Shown here: positions 55,555 to 64,000 of the stretch, one piece after another
How positions within the stretch are numbered: position 1 is the stretch's first letter
How the letters are laid out: each line of letters starts with the position of its first letter
Source of the DNA: Ascoidea asiatica JCM 7603
Lineage: Eukaryota; Fungi; Ascomycota
NCBI GenBank assembly: GCA_001600695.1
Contig: BCKQ01000005.1
Span: 155,689 to 219,688, forward strand
Length of the DNA: 64,000 nt
Direction of reading: 5' to 3'
Program-made: the position numbers and the translations under genes
The notes under the pieces: model-generated
Seen by the model: the letters and a program-made list of their open reading frames with translations, nothing else
The model's database searches: none
Told to the model about the DNA's origin: nothing

Positions 55555-58500
55555 ATGAATCAGGAGCCATTTAATGAGTCAGCCATTGAGCAGTATTTTG
55601 AACAGTCTGTAACCAACACCAGTAACTCAAATTCATATCGACAAAGTCCATATGCCTCTGTTGAACAATTCCAATCCCAACAGGATTCTATTTCCAATGC
55701 TTTAAATTTCAATTTGAACTCTGATCATCCTACAAATTCATCTGTTCCTGAATTACAATCACAATTAAAAGATCCAGATCAAACTCAAGACCAAAATCTA
55801 AATCAATTAAAGTCAAAATCAAAGTCCAAATTAAAATCAAAATCTAAGACTTTAATTCAATCAAGTAAAACTCCTGAATCAAGCCACCTTACTTCATCTG
55901 CTTTAGCCAATAATTCAGTTTCAGTTCCTACCCCTTCTTCTGCTACTACTCCAGTTTCTGCTTCTGCTTCTGCTCATGTTCCAGTTTCCAATCAAAATCA
56001 AATCGATCACGCTTCAATCGTTTCTGCACCTACTATTAGTCCTCATGATTCTCAAATTAATGATTCAAGTAATATTGATAAATCGACTAATAGTAATTCC
56101 ATTTCAGGGACTATTGACGAATCAAAATTACCAAGAGCAACATTACAACAAAAAATTGAAGTTTTAGATTGGCATAATGCAAGTGAAAGAAAGTGCCAAC
56201 AAACAACTGTAACTCATTTCAAAAAATTTAAAAGATTTTCAATAACAAAATCAACTTTTAATAGATGGGTTAAAGAAGAATCAAAATTAAGGAAAGATTT
56301 CAAAAATCTAAGTTTTAATTATAGAAATATTTATAAAACAAAGCCTAATTTAAAAAATCCAGAAATTAATAGAGCTTTAGAAATTTTTTATGAGCAATGT
56401 TTATATGAAAATAATACTGAACAAATTTCTGAAAGATTATTATTAAACAAATATCAATCTTTTGCTTTATTATTCAACCCAAACTTTGATATCTCAAAAG
56501 CCAAAAAATCAAATGGTTGGTTACATCATTTCAAAAAAAAAAATTCATTAAAAAAGAATTTAATTTTGGAATTTTTTAAAAAAAATGAAGATATTTTGAA
56601 TATTAAATATCTTAACGCTGAAAGAATCAGAATTAAAGCAATTTTAAAAGATTATAATTTAAATAATATTTATCATTTTGATCAATATTCTGTAACATCA
56701 GATTTACCTGGTATTAAAAATTTCAGTAATTCAAACATAAAAATTCTAAAGCTAATTGTTGGTTTGTGTGTTAACGCAACTGGTAATCATTTACTAGATC
56801 CATTGATAGTTGGTAAAGAATCTTATAAAGAAGAATTAAAATTATCTAATTTTCATAACTATTTTCAAAATTACTCTCCAAAAATTACTAATGAAATATT
56901 TCATGAATTTATTTCAAACTGGGATAATTCTATTGAAGAAACTGATTCAACTAAAAAAATTGCATTATTGGTCAATTGTTTATATTCTCATATAATTCCA
57001 AAAGATAATTTAAAACATATAAATATTTACTATTTTAGTCCAAATTTTATCTCAAATTTAACCTATCCTATTGAACTATTTAATGATAATATGAACTTAG
57101 TCTTACCTAGCACTTCAACTTACGCTTCTTTTAACAAGCTAAAATCTAATAATAATATCACCAATATTATCAATAATACTTTAAATAATAACATCAATAG
57201 TAATATCAACAATAGCATCAATAATAATTCAAATAATGAAGGAAATTTCAATATTTCCGGTAATTCTAATACTAACTCTAGTAATATAGATTTAAGTTTA
57301 AGCCAAAGTATTCGTCAGGATGATTTCCATCAACATATTGATGCGTTGAATAATTTTAGTCGTTTAGCAGATTTTAGTGATTTTTCTAATTTAAATACTT
57401 TAAATACTTTAAATCGAATTGCAACAAATGTTATTAGTGATCCAAGTTTGTCTCAGCAATTCAATTTCAGAGATCCTGCTTTGCAGCAGCATCTTCCAGC
57501 TTCCCAAAGTACTATAGGAAATTTACAGCACTTTCAACAATTTCAAAATTTTCAAAATATTCAAAACTCCCGTAACTTATCTACAAGAAGATCACATTCT
57601 CAAGTTAATATGAAAACAAAACCTTTTAATCCAGCATTATTAAGTTCCAACGTCAAAAAATTAAATAAACTAGATATTCAACCCTTAAGTTTAGGAATAT
57701 CTAGAATTTTTAAAAATTACTTCAAATTAAATCTATACCAATATTATATGTCAAGGTTAATATCTTATGATGAACTCAATGGATCTAATGAACCTATTAG
57801 CTCATATAATTTTCGAACTCCAAATAATATTGAAGAGATTATAACCGAAAATTTTAATGGTGATGCACTTACAAAAATTATGAATCAACTTACTGAGGTT
57901 GACTTAATTTTTTTTGTTATTGACAGTTGGAAACGATTTAAATTTCAAAATGAAAAATTTGAAAAAAATGGTTCCAAAGCAAGAGAATCGGAAAAAAAAT
58001 TATCCCGTGTCAATGACTCAAGTAAATCCTACTACACAAATTTATATTCGAATAATTCCAAGTTGGATAATAATGATAATAGAAATACTAATACTAATAT
58101 TAATACTACCACTACTACTAATAATAAAAATAATAATCATAATAATAATAAAAACACTAATACTAATAGTGCTGATAATGCTAATGATAGTAGTAATAGT
58201 CATATGAGCCCTGAAAATATAAATCAAAACAGTATAGCGAATATAAGTGAAAATAATGTGTCAAATAGAGGTCATTCAGAACGCTTAAACTCTTTATTGA
58301 ACTCAACTTCAATAAATAATTTAACTTATGGTCATGAATTATTGAAATTAAACATTGTTTCAAATTGTTTCAGAAATAGTGATATTTTACCTGTTTCAAG
58401 AATTGATCTCTCAACAGATATTAACGGGGGGTCAATTAATCCTATCGTTTATTCTGATTATCAACAAGAGATTCAATTATTAAGAGTATTAAAAATTTTT

Positions 58501-59286
58501 GAAAGTAATGGGTTGATTAGATTGGCTAAAAGAAAGAAAAAGCATAGTGATTATGGTGATATTTTACCAGGATTGCTAAATAATACCGAAGGAGGAAATG
58601 AATCTTCTAATAATACAGCAGTTGAACCATTGGAAATTGAAGATATTTTGTTTCCTTGTGAAGAGTTTGTAATCAATAAACATTACACAGATGAAGAAAT
58701 TGTTGGAATAGTCAAAACCGAACTACATAGTTATAATTTAATGCAAGAAGATTTAAAAAAGAAAGCCCTTGATGGAAATAAAGAAAAAGGAAAATCTAAA
58801 AAAAGCAAGAATTCAAAAAATAGAGATAATAATGATGATGTTGATACCCAGTTTCCATTAGGTGATAAAGCTAATCATTTAGATACCTTGGAATTCGATA
58901 GTAATAATTTTGAGAATAATTTAGTAGTTGATCAAAGAAAAAAAGAGGCAGGAGGAGAAGATGAAGAACTTAAAGATGGTCTTGATGAAATATTAGGAAT
59001 ATCTAAACTTTTAAATAATAAAGTAAATTCATTTCTTTCCGATAATAGTAAAACATATTTTGGACAATCGAATTATTATTTCAAAAATTTCTTAAATTAC
59101 TTTATTCAAGAGAGTAATGAGCTAATAATGGATAAATATGATTTTTTTCACGACTTAGATTTCAAATCAACAAGTAATGATGGTTTTAATATAAAAAAAA
59201 AGTATAAACGGAAAAACAAATTAGGATTGTCTAATATACATCATGATAGTATACTGTCCTATAAAAGAAGAAAAATAACGCAATAG
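55555..59286 (+). CDS. CENP-B/pogo (Tc5-type HTH + DDE_1) transposase-derived protein, catalytically inactive
   Basis: RATLQQKIEVLDW..., SNGWLHHFKK, IYHFDQ, LCVNATG...PLIVGK, W...KIALLVN...H, YFSPN, IQPLSLGI..FK; no terminal inverted repeats seen. Confidence 0.85.
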   Translation: MNQEPFNESAIEQYFEQSVTNTSNSNSYRQSPYASVEQFQSQQDSISNALNFNLNSDHPTNSSVPELQSQLKDPDQTQDQNLNQLKSKSKSKLKSKSKTLIQSSKTPESSHLTSSALANNSVSVPTPSSATTPVSASASAHVPVSNQNQIDHASIVSAPTISPHDSQINDSSNIDKSTNSNSISGTIDESKLPRATLQQKIEVLDWHNASERKCQQTTVTHFKKFKRFSITKSTFNRWVKEESKLRKDFKNLSFNYRNIYKTKPNLKNPEINRALEIFYEQCLYENNTEQISERLLLNKYQSFALLFNPNFDISKAKKSNGWLHHFKKKNSLKKNLILEFFKKNEDILNIKYLNAERIRIKAILKDYNLNNIYHFDQYSVTSDLPGIKNFSNSNIKILKLIVGLCVNATGNHLLDPLIVGKESYKEELKLSNFHNYFQNYSPKITNEIFHEFISNWDNSIEETDSTKKIALLVNCLYSHIIPKDNLKHINIYYFSPNFISNLTYPIELFNDNMNLVLPSTSTYASFNKLKSNNNITNIINNTLNNNINSNINNSINNNSNNEGNFNISGNSNTNSSNIDLSLSQSIRQDDFHQHIDALNNFSRLADFSDFSNLNTLNTLNRIATNVISDPSLSQQFNFRDPALQQHLPASQSTIGNLQHFQQFQNFQNIQNSRNLSTRRSHSQVNMKTKPFNPALLSSNVKKLNKLDIQPLSLGISRIFKNYFKLNLYQYYMSRLISYDELNGSNEPISSYNFRTPNNIEEIITENFNGDALTKIMNQLTEVDLIFFVIDSWKRFKFQNEKFEKNGSKARESEKKLSRVNDSSKSYYTNLYSNNSKLDNNDNRNTNTNINTTTTTNNKNNNHNNNKNTNTNSADNANDSSNSHMSPENINQNSIANISENNVSNRGHSERLNSLLNSTSINNLTYGHELLKLNIVSNCFRNSDILPVSRIDLSTDINGGSINPIVYSDYQQEIQLLRVLKIFESNGLIRLAKRKKKHSDYGDILPGLLNNTEGGNESSNNTAVEPLEIEDILFPCEEFVINKHYTDEEIVGIVKTELHSYNLMQEDLKKKALDGNKEKGKSKKSKNSKNRDNNDDVDTQFPLGDKANHLDTLEFDSNNFENNLVVDQRKKEAGGEDEELKDGLDEILGISKLLNNKVNSFLSDNSKTYFGQSNYYFKNFLNYFIQESNELIMDKYDFFHDLDFKSTSNDGFNIKKKYKRKNKLGLSNIHHDSILSYKRRKITQ

Positions 59287-59566
59287 TTTCCTTATAGAAT
59301 AAAGAAATATAAGAATAACTTTTTTTTTTATTCAAAGATAAAAGTTTTCGACAATGGTCTCTACCATCAGTATTTTGAGGATATTAATATTAACCATTTT
59401 TTTCTATTTCATTCTTCTGGATTAGACTGGATAATAATTATGGTTTATTAGTTGTGTATTTTCTTATGTCTTGAAGAGTATGATATGCTACAGTGAGGTA
59501 TAAATTAAAATAGCAGATCTTGTTTGAAAAACATACCAGAATATACTGAGTCTTTATTCATGACTA

Positions 59567-59707
59567 TAAGAATAAGAATATGAATAAGAACATGAATATG
59601 AATGTAAACTATGAACATAAATTATGAACATATGAATATGAATATATAATTATGAATATATAATAATTATGAACAAATAAATATAAGTATAAATATATGA
59701 ATATGAA
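59567..59707. repeat. Degenerate (ATGAAT/ATAAGA)n low-complexity tandem repeat
   Basis: Repeated atgaat/atgaac/ataaga hexamers. Confidence 0.65.
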
Positions 59708-61064
59708 GATTAGATAGATTTTACCATTTGAATATGCAAATGTCAGTATTATGAGCTAAATTAGACTTGGCTATCAAGGGTTTAACCAAAAATGAATATT
59801 GTAAAAATTAGAAAAATTGTAAGTATTCCAAGTCTAAAGGTTTGACAGGAACTTAAAATTCAATTGAATGATTGAGAAAACATAAAATTTTCTCAACAGG
59901 ACACAGTCAATTCAGTTGTTATTAAATTACAATAATCACAAATTAAATCGAAATCATCTAACGTTACTATATTAAACTTCAGAGTAAAACCAATAGAATT
60001 CAGAAATTAAAGTGGAGTTATGGATATTTCCATACTTCACAGGCGAATATATTTGACTAATGTTTTAATGTGTTTTTGGTGAGAATATCATGATCCTGAT
60101 TGCAATCCTGGAAAGAAACATGTTATGTTATAATACAATAATATAATACATTAATATAATAATATAATAATATAAAATAATTTTCGTTCTTCAAAACATC
60201 TGATCAGTGATTTCATAATAATATCGTGCTATTTTTGGTGAAACTTTGCTCACCAGAGTCTCATGTTCAAGACCAAAAAAACGTAAAGAAATAGCCTGCA
60301 ATTCAGACCACATTCTTATGATATGTAATAAAACTATTATTACCTGCCACTCTTTTTTACAAACAACTGAGGTATTCTTTAAAGAACATTTGGTACTCAT
60401 TGATAACATTTTCACTGGTTAAATCAGTGTTTTATTAATATCAAATTTGGCTTATTGGCATGGATAACAATCAGTACAGTATTATTATGCCCATGAAATT
60501 TAACAGCATATCCACCAATAATTAGAACTAACTTCTAAATGTATTTTTTGCTTATTCATATTACAGAATTGCAAATTTACAAAGATATTCTTATGAGAAT
60601 GTTTAATTTGCTAACATAAATCCTTCTTTCTTTCTATTATTTCATTCAATTCAACTTTAAATATTATCTTCAAATATGTACAGTATTCTTTGTAATAGCC
60701 AGGTCAATTATGACAGATTTAATTATTGTAGAAAAGAGTGTTTTTTTCATAAACATTTTGACATATTTTAGAAGATAAGTGGAGCAATTTTTGCGTTATA
60801 ATCGTATCATTTTATATTTTATATTATGTACTACAATAATAATATAATAATAGAATAGTATCATCTCATATTATATTATCATATCATATCGTATCATACT
60901 AATTGATATCATATTATTTGATATATATTATAGCTCTAAAACACTTAATTGTAAAATCATGAATTGTATATATAAAATGAATATTTCCTTTTTTTAATTT
61001 TCAGATATTTTTTTTTCTTTAATTGAAATTTGGTTCTTGGAATAAATAATAATACATAGAAACA

Positions 61065-61613
61065 ATGATACCTACAATTAGAATTATTAACTCAATTAGC
61101 TTTCAGTCAAATTTAACTAATTGCAATTATTTTGATTATCCTTTATTACTTTCTTCAAATTTGGAGAATATTAATATACCAAAACTTTCAAATATTAAAT
61201 CAAATTTACTTTTTGTATTTTCAAATTTTTTTTCATTTAGAAATTTAGAAATTCTATTTATATTATCTTTAATGATTTCAATAATTGGTGCTTCTTCAAC
61301 TTCATTTATTTTTAAGTCTATTTTTGATAAAAAAAGAAAATTGCAAAAAAAACTATCAAAATTAAAAAAATATTCAATAAAAAAACTGAAATTAATCTAC
61401 CTAAAGAAAAAATCTGGATCAAATGGAAATTCAAATAATAATATTTTTTTAATAGATAAAGATATTGAGAAAAAAATTGAAAAAAATAATGGGAATCTTC
61501 TTTTAAATGTTTTTCAATTTATTGATCAAATTATTTTTATTTCTGAAATTATTAAACCCTTGGTTCCATTTCTATGTATACTAATAACTCTATCTTTTTT
61601 TCTAATAAATTAG
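61065..61613 (+). CDS. Hypothetical membrane protein (two hydrophobic segments flanking a Lys-rich loop)
   Basis: 182-codon ORF in very AT-rich DNA, ACAATG context, possible TATATAAA ~95 nt upstream; no family recognised. Confidence 0.5.
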   Translation: MIPTIRIINSISFQSNLTNCNYFDYPLLLSSNLENINIPKLSNIKSNLLFVFSNFFSFRNLEILFILSLMISIIGASSTSFIFKSIFDKKRKLQKKLSKLKKYSIKKLKLIYLKKKSGSNGNSNNNIFLIDKDIEKKIEKNNGNLLLNVFQFIDQIIFISEIIKPLVPFLCILITLSFFLIN

Positions 61614-62317
61614 CTGATTCAATTCAAAGTTTTTCTTCAAAATTTCAATTCAACTTTTTAGTTAGCTTGCCTTTCTACTTGTGTAAAAGCATTTGAATAT
61701 TGAAAACAAAATTTAGATAGTGGCCTTTTGCTTTTTAAATAACTATTGTGATTTGAATTTTTCTTTATTCATTAATCTCTCAACAATTTTTTATTAAGAT
61801 TATTCAACACTGACATTAAAAATAAATTCTACTAGATTTATAAATAAGAACTTTATCTTTCAATTAAACTTCAGCAGGTTACTAACTAATGTATGAATAA
61901 TATAAATATACATAATTATAGCTCTTAAAAGGTTAAGCTTCCTTTGAATTACCGTTTAAAAAGTTTGCTGAATTTCTTACTTTTACTAAATCTTACATTT
62001 TTAAATAATGAAAATATTCTATTATTTTTTTATCTTGTTAAATCTGGATGAAAGTATACTTTTCAAAGAACATAATTTATATATTGATAATACATCATGT
62101 AGTTTCATAATACAAATTATCAAGTGTTTATAAACTTTTTAAACTTGATACATTTACGAAATCTTTCACTGAAAATCTTTTAACATTCATGCCGATAAAT
62201 ATACCTGAATCACATTACTTTATTTTTTATGTTCATACTAAATCTAAAATACGTCTAAAATATGATTGTAGATTTCAACCTTTATTGGAATCATGAATTT
62301 TTTTAACAGTTTTTTCG

Positions 62318-63346
62318 TTAATTCAATTGTTTAGAATCACCAAAATTTCGTTCGTTTGGTGGATACCATTTTAATCCTAGAATTTGAAAGATTTTTTTTT
62401 CATTGAAACTTTCAAGAAGTTTTAATTCACCGTTGTCCGATCTTTCAAATAAACCATGATTTGTTAATTTCATTCCTTTATTTATTGCAAGTTGTCTAAT
62501 ATATCTGTTAAATAATTTATTTCCTGTAAAGTATAAAAAAACGGAACCTAACTCTTCTCTTTTTGAAATTAAAAAATCAACTCTCCTACAAATTGCATTA
62601 TCTCCAAGTTCAGGCAATTTGCTACCAGCATAGCATTTTTGATTTGTTTGAAGTAAAACACATTTAAGATATTTTTTTTTGAACAAAATATTAATAAAAT
62701 TTTTTAATTTCAGATTTTTATGCACCAATAAAATAAAATCAATATCACCACAACTTTTTGCACCTCTTCTATAAGAACCCATGATATAAATTTCAAAATT
62801 TGGGTTTAAATCTTTTATTATCTTTCTTAAAAATTGATAATGCTTTTTACATTCTTCTCTAGAGATTCTAGTATTCCAATCATTATAATATTTTATACCA
62901 AATTTTTGCCTTGAAGTCAAACTAACATTTTTTTCAACACTTTGAATTGTTTTATAACCTTTTTTATACCAAGAATTAGCTAAACTTGGACCAACTCCGT
63001 GAATTTTTACAAATAATTGAATAGTTTTTAAAGATTCTTCTTGTTTAAATTGTTCCAACTTTTGAATATTATTGGTTTTATAAAATTCTTCTATTTTGCT
63101 TGCTATTCCATTTCCTAAATGCTCAATTTTTATTGCATCTTTATATGTTTTTATTGGATCAAGGATTGTCAACAAAGCATCAATAGCATAATCGTAACCT
63201 CTAACTCTAATATCATCACCTAATAATTCATAAAAATTTCTAAGTTGTGTTAATTGGCATATTAACTTGAAATTTGGATTAGTTTGTTTGCCCTCAGGTT
63301 TTATTTTAATTTTTGAATTAGAATCTTTTTCATTTAAATGAATCAT
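62318..63346 (-). CDS. POL4: Family X DNA polymerase (Pol4/Pol lambda-like) catalytic core, no BRCT domain
   Basis: 8-kDa domain NPN...GNGIASKIEE, IHGVGP, GSYRRGAKSCGDIDF, RRVDF, YFTGN, LTNHGL, E..IF..LGL.W.PP.ER. Confidence 0.88.
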   Translation of the reverse strand: MIHLNEKDSNSKIKIKPEGKQTNPNFKLICQLTQLRNFYELLGDDIRVRGYDYAIDALLTILDPIKTYKDAIKIEHLGNGIASKIEEFYKTNNIQKLEQFKQEESLKTIQLFVKIHGVGPSLANSWYKKGYKTIQSVEKNVSLTSRQKFGIKYYNDWNTRISREECKKHYQFLRKIIKDLNPNFEIYIMGSYRRGAKSCGDIDFILLVHKNLKLKNFINILFKKKYLKCVLLQTNQKCYAGSKLPELGDNAICRRVDFLISKREELGSVFLYFTGNKLFNRYIRQLAINKGMKLTNHGLFERSDNGELKLLESFNEKKIFQILGLKWYPPNERNFGDSKQLN

Positions 63347-63350
63347 TGAA

Positions 63351-63653
63351 TTACTCTTCTTTAGAATCAGTATCCGTAATTATTTCTTCTACTTCTTGAT
63401 TATCTTGTCCAATACTCACTTCGGTATCTTCCTCGGCACCCACATAAGTTTCAATGTCTGTGTAGAATCCACTATAAGCTTCAGTTTCCGTATCAACTTC
63501 AGTAGTATTATCACTATTTATATTAGTTTGCAAAAAAGCTTCAGTTCTGGAGACATCCTTTTGATGTTTCTTTTGTTTTTTTTTATCTAAGGGTGAATTC
63601 AATTTTTTTTTCTTAAAATTATTTGAAATAGTTATCATTTCTTGACCGTTCAT
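63351..63653 (-). CDS. Basic/acidic low-complexity ORF, probably the frameshifted N-terminal extension of the Pol X gene
   Basis: Ends 4 nt before the Pol X ATG in a different frame; KKKK NLS-like run plus E/T/D-rich linker. Confidence 0.45.
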   Translation of the reverse strand: MNGQEMITISNNFKKKKLNSPLDKKKQKKHQKDVSRTEAFLQTNINSDNTTEVDTETEAYSGFYTDIETYVGAEEDTEVSIGQDNQEVEEIITDTDSKEE

Positions 63654-64000
63654 CTATTCTCAGGATCAGAGAATAACATTGAAAATACAGCTTATGAAAA
63701 ATTAGTTATTATAATACATTAAAATAGACTCTGGGTTGAATAAAATATATTTAAATTAATAAAACATATATCTACTAATGATATCCTTTTTTTTTTTTTT
63801 TTTTCTATGAAATACCATTGAAAAAAGAGAATGAATCCTTCAAAACACCCGCAGAATACAGCAACCAACCAACGCGAAAGCCACGTTCGAGTCGAGTACT
63901 TTTAAAGGATACATTACATCATAAAACTAACTACGATAAAAGTGAGAATTATCATCAACAAACTTTCTTTTTTTTTTTTTTTTTTTTTTTGATTTGAGTT

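Noticed and set aside
55100-59500. Active pogo-family DNA transposon
   Set aside because: Two of three catalytic Asp residues are lost, the domain is interrupted, and no TIRs were seen
63270-63354. Intron starting GTAATT that could fuse the upstream ORF to Pol X
   Set aside because: None of the nearby AG acceptors restores the frame and there is no good branch point
63881-63900. B-box-like GTTCGAGTC suggesting a tRNA
   Set aside because: The T-stem does not pair and no D, anticodon or acceptor arms can be built

Overview
Gene-dense, AT-rich eukaryotic chromosome segment from a budding yeast (Saccharomycotina): it has GTATGT/TACTAAC-type introns and GSH2-RRT8 and MRP10-SIR2 gene neighbourhoods like those I recall from S. 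cerevisiae. An Ascoidea-like lineage is my inference only. About 26 protein-coding genes are supported: BNI4-like, HIU hydrolase, TFB5, COG3, GSH2, RRT8/LDS, CMC1, SMC5, MAP1, a small Cys-rich ORF, RPF2, TRP3, NOT3, TEL1, a GH5 protein, CDC48, YCH1, MRP10, SIR2/HST1, RPA43, MAP2, a Zn2Cys6 TF, a BTB protein, a CENP-B/pogo-derived protein, an orphan membrane ORF and Pol X. Six spliced genes were reconstructed by hand, including CMC1, which the ORF track misses entirely. The main items worth a second look are: a catalytically dead, domesticated pogo/CENP-B transposase with a ~200-aa insertion; a GH5 pseudo-enzyme (NE->NK); a split, BRCT-less Pol X locus; a 68-aa Cys/His zinc-ribbon-like microprotein; a 538-nt 5'-UTR intron in SIR2; and recurrent GC-richer hairpin islands in promoter regions, two of which (13.4-13.75 kb and 41.64-41.88 kb) look like unannotated structured RNAs. 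No tRNA, rRNA, CRISPR or intact mobile element was seen.
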